A stretch of 58,800 nucleotides of DNA, filler included. It is 4 parts of 4 records of this genome, joined end to end, with 100 filler letters (N's around TTAATTAATTAA, not from the genome) between each part and the next. Parts side by side here need not be neighbours in the genome. Positions count along the whole stretch, not along the records: positions 30,685 to 58,800 come from SRR22947725_1189; 3 more parts are not named here. The stretch is one strand, 5' to 3'. Both the position numbers and the translations under genes were made by a program. The notes under the pieces were generated by a model. The model was not told the origin of the DNA, made no database searches, and saw only the letters and a program-made list of their open reading frames with translations. Below, piece after piece: positions 50,444 to 58,800 of the stretch (the first letter of the stretch is position 1; each line of letters begins with the position of its first letter).

Positions 50444-51581
50444 TGGTAATATAAATGGTAAAAACGGTGTAAATAGTTTTATTAAAAGCTTATACGCTAA
50501 TAAATTTTTTTTCGCAAAACAAGATATAGAATTGCGAGAATTAATAACCAACGGAGGTGTTGATCCAAAATTTGAAGATACTGTTTATAAATCACCAAAA
50601 TTATCAAATATAAAAAGAATAACACATAAGTTTAGGCACAATACCTTTGTTGGAAATGTATTGAACCTTATAACTTCAAGTACTATACCAACCTTATTAA
50701 ATGCAAAATTATTAAATAGAAGTAATGATAATGATGTAGTTTTTTTTCAGGATATTTTTTCTTGTACATTTTATAGAAAGAGAAATAGTAGAATAATAAT
50801 GACATTACATTGTAGTGAAGATCCTTTAGCTCAATATTTTTTAACATTCCCAAAACTTAAAAAGACTTTTGTAGAAAAAGTATTAAAGAAAGTATTGCAT
50901 AAATCCATATTAAAATCTGATGCAGTTGTAGTTCTTAGTGAATCATTTAAGGATCAGCTAATTGATCAAGGTTACACTAATGTCCATTGTGTTTACAATG
51001 GAATTAAACCACTAATCACAAAAGAAGTAAAAAATAAATACACTAATGCTCAAAAAATAAACTTTATATCAGTGGCTTCTCTTAATTATAGAAAAGGTTT
51101 TGATATTCTTATTGAAGCTTTTAATAATTTAGATGATGTTCATAAAACTAAATTTCATTTTTCTTTTGTTGGAGATGGCGATTATAAATTAAAACTGAAA
51201 GAACTTGTTAAGAAGTATAATCTTAACATTTATTTTAGTTTTTTGGGTGTTAGAAGCGATATTGAAAAGTTGTTATTGCAAAATGATGCATTCATTTTAC
51301 CAAGTAGAGATGAGGGGCTCCCAATCTCAATGTTGGAAGCGATGAGTGTTGGCCTACCTTGCCTTTTAACAAACGTAGGTTCTATTCCTGAAGCTCTTGA
51401 AGATGGTAGTTATGTGCCAATGGAACCAAATGAGCAAAGTATCACTAATGTATTGACACAGATTGCTAATAATAAATTCAATCTTAATGAAATCAGGGAT
51501 TGTGCCACTATCCAATTCAATAATAAATTTACTATTGAATCTATGATTAATAAATACTCAAATATCATAAATGAAAAATGA
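50418..51581 (+). CDS. glycosyltransferase family 4
   Basis: YNGI, RKG.D, PSRDEGLPISMLEAM. Confidence 0.92.
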   Translation: MSKLKVVTNGNINGKNGVNSFIKSLYANKFFFAKQDIELRELITNGGVDPKFEDTVYKSPKLSNIKRITHKFRHNTFVGNVLNLITSSTIPTLLNAKLLNRSNDNDVVFFQDIFSCTFYRKRNSRIIMTLHCSEDPLAQYFLTFPKLKKTFVEKVLKKVLHKSILKSDAVVVLSESFKDQLIDQGYTNVHCVYNGIKPLITKEVKNKYTNAQKINFISVASLNYRKGFDILIEAFNNLDDVHKTKFHFSFVGDGDYKLKLKELVKKYNLNIYFSFLGVRSDIEKLLLQNDAFILPSRDEGLPISMLEAMSVGLPCLLTNVGSIPEALEDGSYVPMEPNEQSITNVLTQIANNKFNLNEIRDCATIQFNNKFTIESMINKYSNIINEK

Positions 51582-52999
51582 TTAGCATTACAAGAATAAA
51601 AGCTGTTTTTTCAGTTATAAATATTATCATCTTTACTTTCATATATCTTTTTTATGATAATTTTTCGATGGGAGATTTAAGAGCCCTTGAATGGTATTCA
51701 TTGATTGTCTTTTTTGTTTTATTAAGTCTCAACTTAATTATCTATAAAAAGTTTCATATTGTAATTATATTCCATGTCTTATATTTTGTGTTCTTATATG
51801 GAAAAGTATTCGGTCATCTTTTCAATTTAATGGATATCTTTGATTTCCAGTCATTGGTAATTACTACTTTTAGTATATCAACTATTAGTGAATCTATTTT
51901 AATTATTACGTTATCACTTCTGTATTTTAACTTATTTTCTATTTTCTTTATTCCAAAGAAAATAAAGCTTCCGGAAATGAACAAAAACTTTATCAAGGTT
52001 GGTAAATTCTTATTGCTCGTTACACTTCCATTTGTACTGTATAAACTGATAGTGGATTTATTATATATTTTACAAAATGGATATCTAAGTTATTATTTAG
52101 GAGCAAATCAATCAATCAATTATTACATTCCTTTTATGGATTTGTTTTATAATTTGTTTTTATTAGGTTATTTTATATTTATTGCAGGGATTCCTAATAA
52201 GAAAACATTCCAAGTTTATTCTTCAATATTTATTATAATATCAGTACTATTTTCCTTAAAAGGGATGCGAAGTGCTGCAATTCTTCCAATTTTAGCTTAC
52301 TTCTGGTTTTTAGGAAACTTTTATAAGATAAATGAAACAAAACTCTTGAGACGTTTTTTTATTGTTGGTTTTTTGCTCATTGGATTTTCTTATATATTAG
52401 TGAGGCAGAGGTCAGATGTAGATACTTCTTTCAAACTCAAAAATGTATTAACGATTTTACCAGAATCTGGCACAGGTATTAATTTATTGAATCTTTATAT
52501 TGATAATCGACAAAACCTACCTGAAAATAAAATTGGTTATATTTTTGAACCTTTAACTTTTCCATTTATATATATTCAAAATTACAAGGAATTCCGAGGG
52601 GGACAAAGTGTTGAATTAGTGAATCTTAGAGAAAGCTTGAATTACAGGTTAACATACTACCTTAACCCACAATATTTCCTAAATGGTCAGGGACTTGGGA
52701 CGGGATATATTCCTGAGATGTATGAATTTGGATATCTAGGAATTGTTTTTTTTAGTGCTTTATTGACTATGTTGTTTGGTGTTTTATATAAATACTTTAA
52801 ATATTATTTGGTAGCACTTTTTAGTTATAAAATAATAACCCATATTCTTTTTCTACCTCGTGGACCTTTTTTTATTAGCTTTTGGTATATACTAAAATTT
52901 CTTATTCTTTTTTATATTGTAATGTTAATATACAGAATATCAAAATCAAAATTGAAAAACGGAAAATTTTTAATAAAACACATCGATGCGAAAAATTGA
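51578..52999 (+). CDS. wzy: O-antigen polymerase
   Basis: About 11 TMs, G.RS motif, periplasmic loop with G.GLG...I.E. Confidence 0.8.
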   Translation: MISITRIKAVFSVINIIIFTFIYLFYDNFSMGDLRALEWYSLIVFFVLLSLNLIIYKKFHIVIIFHVLYFVFLYGKVFGHLFNLMDIFDFQSLVITTFSISTISESILIITLSLLYFNLFSIFFIPKKIKLPEMNKNFIKVGKFLLLVTLPFVLYKLIVDLLYILQNGYLSYYLGANQSINYYIPFMDLFYNLFLLGYFIFIAGIPNKKTFQVYSSIFIIISVLFSLKGMRSAAILPILAYFWFLGNFYKINETKLLRRFFIVGFLLIGFSYILVRQRSDVDTSFKLKNVLTILPESGTGINLLNLYIDNRQNLPENKIGYIFEPLTFPFIYIQNYKEFRGGQSVELVNLRESLNYRLTYYLNPQYFLNGQGLGTGYIPEMYEFGYLGIVFFSALLTMLFGVLYKYFKYYLVALFSYKIITHILFLPRGPFFISFWYILKFLILFYIVMLIYRISKSKLKNGKFLIKHIDAKN

Positions 53000-54173
53000 T
53001 ATATTTTCTGTAATGAATAAGGCTCTTTATAATGAATTGACCGTAGATAAGTATGATGTAAAAAATCTTTTTCCAAGAAGATTGTTTGGAATTATTCCTC
53101 CAAGACCAATAATTCTAATGCAAAAAATAAAGAATGATTATATTCTATTATTTGGGTTAGCGATAATCTCGTTATTATGGATTATTATTTTTCCTTTAAT
53201 AACCGTATATAAATTTTTCAAATACTTGTTTCTAATAAATGGCAATATACATGACGAAAGCATAGGGTCTAATCTATGGATTGGTACTGGAGATAAAATC
53301 CCCCAATTGCATAAAGGGTTTAGTAAAGATGTTAGTCCAAATCATATTTTAGTTGTTCCTTGGATTAAAATATCAAATAAATTAGATTCAGATGATCTAA
53401 AAAAAATTGATATGTTAAATTATTTGTCTGCATTAGATTTAATAAAAGCATTTTGGTTTTCAATAGTAGGAGCTGTAAAATGGGCTATTTTTATAAAAAG
53501 ACCTGTAAATATATTACAAGAATATATTTTGTTTGATTTTTTTTTGCTGTCAATTGTATTAGAAAAACTAAAGAATCAAGGAGTAGATTGTTTTTGGTAT
53601 ATAAACCACTATGATAGGTGGGCTGTACTTATAGATAGTGTATCAGAGTCAAAAAATGTTATGGTCCAGCATGGATATTTGAATTCAAGTTATAACTTCC
53701 CATATAAGAATAAAAATTTAAAGAAAGTGTATGTTCTAGATGAAGTAAGTATTGATATTTTTAATAAAAACATTAATTGTTCAAATACCAAAATAATATA
53801 TGAAATACTTGGTAGCACTATTAGTCTTAGGGAAATAGAAAACGCTGAAAAATCTATTTTAATTATTTCAAGACCTGCTCAAATTCAATTTGATGTTAGC
53901 TTAATTTTAGCTATTTTAAATACTGAACTAGATTTGAAAGTATATATTAAACCACACCCTAAGTTTGATAAAAATCCATACAGGGATTACTTCTCTAAAT
54001 ATGAGAAATGTTATCTTATAGAGGATAGTGATTTTTATCCTAAGGTTAGTTTAGTAATAAGTGGATATTCAACTTTAGCTATTGAATACGAGCTAAAAGG
54101 GGTTAAGGTAATTTGGATTGCAGAGGAAACTATCGAATCAATATTGGCTAAAGTTGAAAAACATATTTGTTAG
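52986..54173 (+). CDS. putative GT-B glycosyltransferase (possible nonulosonic-acid transferase)
   Basis: QHG, IKPHP and YSTLAIE motifs resemble CMP-sugar-dependent GT-B transferases. Confidence 0.5.
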   Translation: MRKIDIFSVMNKALYNELTVDKYDVKNLFPRRLFGIIPPRPIILMQKIKNDYILLFGLAIISLLWIIIFPLITVYKFFKYLFLINGNIHDESIGSNLWIGTGDKIPQLHKGFSKDVSPNHILVVPWIKISNKLDSDDLKKIDMLNYLSALDLIKAFWFSIVGAVKWAIFIKRPVNILQEYILFDFFLLSIVLEKLKNQGVDCFWYINHYDRWAVLIDSVSESKNVMVQHGYLNSSYNFPYKNKNLKKVYVLDEVSIDIFNKNINCSNTKIIYEILGSTISLREIENAEKSILIISRPAQIQFDVSLILAILNTELDLKVYIKPHPKFDKNPYRDYFSKYEKCYLIEDSDFYPKVSLVISGYSTLAIEYELKGVKVIWIAEETIESILAKVEKHIC

Positions 54174-54198
54174 TATACTTATTTATAATTTTAACTAG

Positions 54199-54795
54199 AT
54201 GATAAAGAGATATAGCTTAGTAAGTTTAATTGGTTTAGGAATTAATTTAATCAGAACCAAAATACTATTCTCCAAAGCGAGGATAATAAGATTTCCAATT
54301 GACATAAGGGGAAAATCTTTTATTAAAGTCGATAATGGTTTTACAACTGGTGTTGGTTGCCGCATAGAAGCTTATCCAAAAGATGCAAAAACCGTTACAT
54401 TGAAAATCGGAAAAAATGTTCAAATAAATGATTATGTTCATATTACTGCTATGAACAAAGTTGTAATTGGGGATAATGTATTAATGGCTAGTAAGATATA
54501 TATATCAGATTGCAGTCATGGATTTTATAATGGAGGAGATATTGATAGTTCACCAGAACAATACCCAATTGATAGGAGCTATAATATATCAGAAGTCATA
54601 ATAGAGGATAATGTTTGGTTAGGAGAGTTTGTGTCAGTATTGCCAGGTGTTAAAATAGGGAAAGGGGCAATTATAGGATCAAATTCAGTTGTAACAAAAG
54701 ATATTCCAGCGAATACTATTGCTGTTGGTTCCCCTGCAAAAGTAATTAAGAAGTACAATTTTGAAACAAAAAAATGGGAAAGAATAAAAAAATAA
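54199..54795 (+). CDS. hexapeptide O-acetyltransferase (WbbJ-like)
   Basis: ARIIRFP.DIRG, QINDYVHI, VWLGE...LPGV.IG, AVGSPAK. Confidence 0.88.
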   Translation: MIKRYSLVSLIGLGINLIRTKILFSKARIIRFPIDIRGKSFIKVDNGFTTGVGCRIEAYPKDAKTVTLKIGKNVQINDYVHITAMNKVVIGDNVLMASKIYISDCSHGFYNGGDIDSSPEQYPIDRSYNISEVIIEDNVWLGEFVSVLPGVKIGKGAIIGSNSVVTKDIPANTIAVGSPAKVIKKYNFETKKWERIKK

Positions 54796-54801
54796 ATAAA
54801 T

Positions 54802-55932
54802 ATGAATATATTAATCACAGGAGGTGCAGGTTTTATTGGCAGCAATTTAGCCTTAGCTTTACTTGAAAAAGGACACAAAATCACGGTATTAGATAATTTA
54901 TCAACACAGATACATGGCGAAACACCAGATGAAAATTCAGATTTATACAAAAGTATAAAGAATAAAGTTATATTTATTAAAGGTACCGTAACTTCTAGAA
55001 AAGATTGGTCTAAAGCATTAAAAGGGCAAGAGGTTATCGTTCATTTTGCCGCAGAAACGGGTACTGGGCAATCGATGTATTGTATAGAGAAATATACAGA
55101 AGTTAATATCCAAGGTACTGCTATTATGCTAGATATTTTAGCGAATGAAGAGCATAAAATAAAGAAAATAGTAATTGCTTCCTCTAGATCAATTTATGGA
55201 GAAGGCAAGTATATACATCCAGAATTTGGAGTAGTTTATCCAAATCATAGAAAAGAAGAAGACATGTTAGCAGGTGATTTTGATGTAACCTACAAAGGTT
55301 TTTCTAACTTAAAGTTGGTTGGTACAGATGAAGAATCAAAAATTCACCCATCATCTGTTTACGGTATTACAAAACAAAACCAAGAGCAAATGATTATGAC
55401 CGTTTGTCCAACACTAGGAATAGCACCTGTAGCTTTTAGATATCAAAACGTATATGGCCCTGGGCAATCTTTGTCAAATCCATATACTGGTATTCTGTCA
55501 ATTTTCTCTACTCAAATTAGAAATGGAAATGGTATTCAAATATTTGAAGATGGAAAAGAAACAAGAGACTTTGTTTTTATTGAAGATGTTGTTAATGCTA
55601 CTATTTTAGGAATTGAAAAAGAAAAAGCTAATAATGAAATTTTTAATGTTGGCACTGGTGAAGCAATAGATGTGTTAACTGTAGCCAAGACATTAATAAA
55701 TGCATACAAAATAGAAGTTCCAGTAAAAGTAAGTGGTAAATTTAGGTTAGGTGATATAAGACATAATTATGCAGATATGTCTAAGATTAAAGATCTTTTA
55801 GGTTTTGAACCACAAATTTTTTTTAAAGAAGGTATTCAGTATTTTACTAAATGGGTGTTAAATCAGGAAATAGAAGAAGATAATTTGGAGGCATCATTGA
55901 TTGAAATGAAGAAAAAAGGATTAATGAAATAA
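54802..55932 (+). CDS. NAD-dependent epimerase (dTDP-L-rhamnose 4-epimerase WbiB-like)
   Basis: TGGAGFIG, QIHG, AAETGTGQSMY, YGITK, GQSLSNPYTG, FRLGDIRH. Confidence 0.8.
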   Translation: MNILITGGAGFIGSNLALALLEKGHKITVLDNLSTQIHGETPDENSDLYKSIKNKVIFIKGTVTSRKDWSKALKGQEVIVHFAAETGTGQSMYCIEKYTEVNIQGTAIMLDILANEEHKIKKIVIASSRSIYGEGKYIHPEFGVVYPNHRKEEDMLAGDFDVTYKGFSNLKLVGTDEESKIHPSSVYGITKQNQEQMIMTVCPTLGIAPVAFRYQNVYGPGQSLSNPYTGILSIFSTQIRNGNGIQIFEDGKETRDFVFIEDVVNATILGIEKEKANNEIFNVGTGEAIDVLTVAKTLINAYKIEVPVKVSGKFRLGDIRHNYADMSKIKDLLGFEPQIFFKEGIQYFTKWVLNQEIEEDNLEASLIEMKKKGLMK

Positions 55933-55933
55933 G

Positions 55934-56959
55934 ATGAATTTAGATAATTTTAAAAATAAAAAAATACTATACATTTCTGTAAAAACTTTTAATTACGAGT
56001 TAGAAATAGCAAATAAATTAAGTGAACTTGGGGCTAAAGTTGATTATTTTGATGAACGCCCGTCTAATTCTATATTAGCAAAAAGTATTATAAGAATGAA
56101 ACGTTCTTTTTATAAAAAGAAGATAAATAAATATTATGGGAGTATTTTAAAAAAAATTGAATCTATACAGTATGACTTCTTTTTCCTTATCAAAGGAGAA
56201 GCGATTCCTTCTTTTTTTTTAGCAAAATTGAAACTACTTCAAAAGGATTGTACTTTTATTTATTATACATGGGATTCATTTGAAAACAACCCTAATGGAT
56301 TAAAAATATTACATTTTTTTGATAAAAGACTAACGTTTGATCCTTTTGATGCAGAAAAATTTAAGTTAGAATTTAGACCTTTGTTTTATATTGATAAATA
56401 TAAAAAAGTGGAAAACATCAAAAAACCTAAATATAAAATGTTATTCTTAGGAACGGCGCATTCTGATAGATATAGGATCAGTAATGCTATTGTTAATTGG
56501 TGTACTGAGTATAATTTCTCTGCATTTACATACTATTTCATGCAGAGCAAATTAATTTATTTTTTAAAATCAAAATTTGATCCTTCATTTAAAGATTTTG
56601 ATTATAAGAAACTAAATTTTAAATCTTTAAGTATTGACGAAATTATAAAATATTATGAAGATTCATTGATAATATTAGACATAAATCACCCTAATCAAAA
56701 AGGGTTGACAATGAGAACTTTTGAGGCATTAGGTTCAGGAAAAAAAATTATAACAACAAATAATGAAATTGAAAAATATTGTTTTTATAATTCAAACAAT
56801 GTATTTGTGATTGATAGAAACAATATAAAATTAAAGAAAATATTTTTTGAGTCAAATTTCATACCATTAAGTGAAGAAATGTTATTTGAAATGTCACTCT
56901 CGGGGTGGTTAAAATCAATATTTATACAAAATAATTCAATTTTTTGGTTAAATAGTTAA
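55934..56959 (+). CDS. putative glycosyltransferase / LPS biosynthesis protein
   Basis: WDS, TFD..D, FLGT.HSDR, LDI.HP.Q.GLTMRTFE, K.ITTN. Confidence 0.75.
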   Translation: MNLDNFKNKKILYISVKTFNYELEIANKLSELGAKVDYFDERPSNSILAKSIIRMKRSFYKKKINKYYGSILKKIESIQYDFFFLIKGEAIPSFFLAKLKLLQKDCTFIYYTWDSFENNPNGLKILHFFDKRLTFDPFDAEKFKLEFRPLFYIDKYKKVENIKKPKYKMLFLGTAHSDRYRISNAIVNWCTEYNFSAFTYYFMQSKLIYFLKSKFDPSFKDFDYKKLNFKSLSIDEIIKYYEDSLIILDINHPNQKGLTMRTFEALGSGKKIITTNNEIEKYCFYNSNNVFVIDRNNIKLKKIFFESNFIPLSEEMLFEMSLSGWLKSIFIQNNSIFWLNS

Positions 56960-56965
56960 TAGTTT

Positions 56966-57079
56966 ATGATCGGAATAATACTAGCAGTAGAATCTACACG
57001 AAAATTTTATCAAATAACGAAACGAGAATCAATAATAACTACTTTTTACGACAAACCAATGATTCATGTTATACAATAG
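56966..57079 (+). pseudogene. rfbA: decayed 5' remnant of rfbA
   Basis: MIGIILAVESTRKFYQITKRES..FYDKPMIH aligns with the intact [30 protein letters not shown] at 57784. Confidence 0.8.
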
Positions 57080-57222
57080 ATTCTAAAAAACTAAAAGAAT
57101 AGTTTGGTGGAATACCTCCGCAACAATTTGGTAAGGGGATAGATAAAACATTATAATGGTATTTACACTATACAGATTAATCAGAAAATATTAATTTTGT
57201 AGCCTTTGCAAAATATACATAA
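57070..57222 (+). pseudogene. rfbB: decayed 3' remnant of dTDP-glucose 4,6-dehydratase
   Basis: YTIDSKKLKE*FGGIPPQQFGKGIDKTL*WYL resembles the RfbB C-terminus (YAID..K...LGW.P...F..GI.KT..WYL), with internal stops. Confidence 0.7.
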
Positions 57223-57358
57223 TAACATATCAATATAGCAAACTAATAAAAAACCATCTCTCAAAGGCAAAGCATATGACCAAATGGGCATCTTTATAAA
57301 AATTGGCTTTAGAGAAAATAACTTGGTCAAATATTCAGCTAAAAATTAATTAAATATA

Positions 57359-57586
57359 ATGAACAAAATTTATCGAACAGATATAGATGGATTAAGAGCT
57401 TTTGCAGTTATATCAGTAATATTATATCACCTTGGATATATCAATAATGGGTATTTAGGAGTAGATATTTTTTTTGTAATAAGTGGATACCTTATTACAG
57501 GTATTATTTATCGAGAAGTTATAAATGATAATTTTTCTATCTTAAATTTCTATGAGAGAAGAATTATTAAGAATTATGAATACTAA
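57359..57586 (+). pseudogene. truncated acyltransferase-3 (OafA-like O-acyltransferase), first ~70 aa
   Basis: [36 protein letters not shown], then a premature end. Confidence 0.85.
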
Positions 57587-57783
57587 CAAAGTGTCAGGTA
57601 ATTATCCTGATTTAAATAAATCAAAATAATTATGATTTACAAAATAAATTACATTTTTGAATTTTTTTAATCTAATTTTATAAAATTAAGTGAACGAAAA
57701 AGTTTAAATGATCAATCTCAGATTGGTTAAAATCAATATTCTCAGAAAACAATTAAAGGTTTTGATTAAATAGTTAATAGCTT

Positions 57784-58656
57784 ATGAAAGGAATAATATT
57801 AGCAGGCGGATCAGGTACAAGATTATACCCAATTACAAAAGGAGTATCTAAACAGCTGTTGCCTGTGTATGATAAGCCGATGATTTACTACCCATTATCA
57901 GTTTTGATGCTGGCAGGTATCAAAGAAATATTAATCATTTCGACACCAGAAGATCTACCAAGTTTTAAAAAATTATTAGGTTCCGGACAAGAGTTAGGAA
58001 TAAAATTTAGTTATAAAGAACAGCCAAGCCCTGATGGTCTTGCCCAAGCATTTATTATTGGGGAAAACTTTATTGGAAGTGATGATGTATGTCTAGTTTT
58101 AGGAGATAATATTTTCTATGGGTATGGTTTTTCTGAAACTTTACAAAATGCAAGAAAAAATGTAGGAGAAGGTAAATCAACTGTTTTTGGTTATTATGTG
58201 AATGATCCAGAAAGATATGGCGTTGCATCGTTTGATAATAACGGGGTAGTCACCTCAATAGAAGAAAAACCAGAAAAACCAAAATCTAATTATGCAGTAG
58301 TTGGCCTATACTTCTACACAAACGATGTAGTACAAATTGCCAAAATTATAAAACCTTCTCACAGAGGTGAATTGGAAATAACAACAATAAATCAAGAGTA
58401 TTTAAAGAGAAATGACTTAAAAGTACAATTATTGGGTAGAGGTTTCGCTTGGTTAGATACTGGCACACACGATTCTTTAATGGAGGCAGGTCAGTTTATC
58501 GAAACCATTGAAAAGAGACAAGGATTAAAGGTGGCATGTTTAGAGGAAATAGCCTACAGTATGAAATACATAAATAAAGAGCAGTTAAAGCAGTTAGCAG
58601 AACCGTTAAAGAAAAACGGTTACGGGCAATATTTATTTAAATTAGCTAAAGAATAA
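57784..58656 (+). CDS. rfbA: glucose-1-phosphate thymidylyltransferase
   Basis: [33 protein letters not shown]. Confidence 0.97.
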   Translation: MKGIILAGGSGTRLYPITKGVSKQLLPVYDKPMIYYPLSVLMLAGIKEILIISTPEDLPSFKKLLGSGQELGIKFSYKEQPSPDGLAQAFIIGENFIGSDDVCLVLGDNIFYGYGFSETLQNARKNVGEGKSTVFGYYVNDPERYGVASFDNNGVVTSIEEKPEKPKSNYAVVGLYFYTNDVVQIAKIIKPSHRGELEITTINQEYLKRNDLKVQLLGRGFAWLDTGTHDSLMEAGQFIETIEKRQGLKVACLEEIAYSMKYINKEQLKQLAEPLKKNGYGQYLFKLAKE

Positions 58657-58657
58657 A

Positions 58658-58800
58658 ATGGAATTTATTAAAACAGCAATACCAGATCTCTATATAATAG
58701 AACCTTCCGTTTTTGGAGACCATAGAGGGTATTTTTTAGAATCTTTTAATTTAGAGGAATTTGAAGAAAAGGTGTATCCTATAAAATTTGTGCAAGACAA
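58658..58800 (+). CDS. rfbC: dTDP-4-dehydrorhamnose 3,5-epimerase (3'-truncated by window)
   Basis: MEFIKTAIPDLYIIEPSVFGDHRGYFLESFN...FVQD. Confidence 0.93.
   Translation, partial: MEFIKTAIPDLYIIEPSVFGDHRGYFLESFNLEEFEEKVYPIKFVQD

Larger units (their letters stand above)
56842..57888 (+). repeat. degenerate direct duplication (~56842-57067 vs ~57661-57888) of GT 3' end + rfbA 5' end
   Basis: Shared blocks GGTTAAAATCAATATT and TTAAATAGTTAATAG[T/C]TTATGA..GGAATAATA[C/T]TAGCAG in both copies. Confidence 0.85.

Noticed and set aside
1-58800. CRISPR arrays, prophage, integrases, transposases, rRNA
   Set aside because: No regularly spaced repeats or diagnostic genes were seen in any segment.

Overview
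This window is not one genome. It is four contigs joined by artificial 100-nt linkers (44 N + TTAATTAATTAA + 44 N) at 12709-12808, 25434-25533 and 30585-30684. Taxonomic calls below are inferred from gene content and order. Segment 1 (1-12708, Verrucomicrobia/Opitutales-like) holds a probable 6S RNA, tRNA(CAT), an NtrC-type regulator split at a C11 tract, a second KS-ACP-FAD oxidoreductase fatty-acid mini-cluster, clpS, tRNA-Arg(ACG), fabG-acpP-fabF and a partial rluB. Segment 2 (12809-25433, low-GC betaproteobacterium, OM43/Methylophilaceae-like) holds housekeeping genes lysC, alaS, recX, recA, cinA, pgpA, thiL, mog, yjgA, pmbA, mlaA and phrB. Segment 3 (25534-30584, probably an alphaproteobacterium) holds a MATE transporter, a glutathione peroxidase and a ribokinase/nucleoside hydrolase/2OG-Fe(II) oxygenase operon. 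Segment 4 (30685-58800, Flavobacteriia-like) is a Wzx/Wzy surface-polysaccharide locus with legionaminic-acid genes (legB absent) and an acetamidino module. Its most interesting part is a complete Campylobacter-type phosphoramidate donor pathway (Cj1418/1417/1416/1415-like). It lacks the Campylobacter methyltransferases and is instead linked to a sulfotransferase-fold protein, a formyltransferase and CysQ, which suggests a PAPS-mimicking phosphoramidate-transfer system. The locus also carries recombination scars: a truncated ugd, a collapsed rfbA/rfbB remnant, a truncated OafA-like acyltransferase and a reciprocally decayed duplication.
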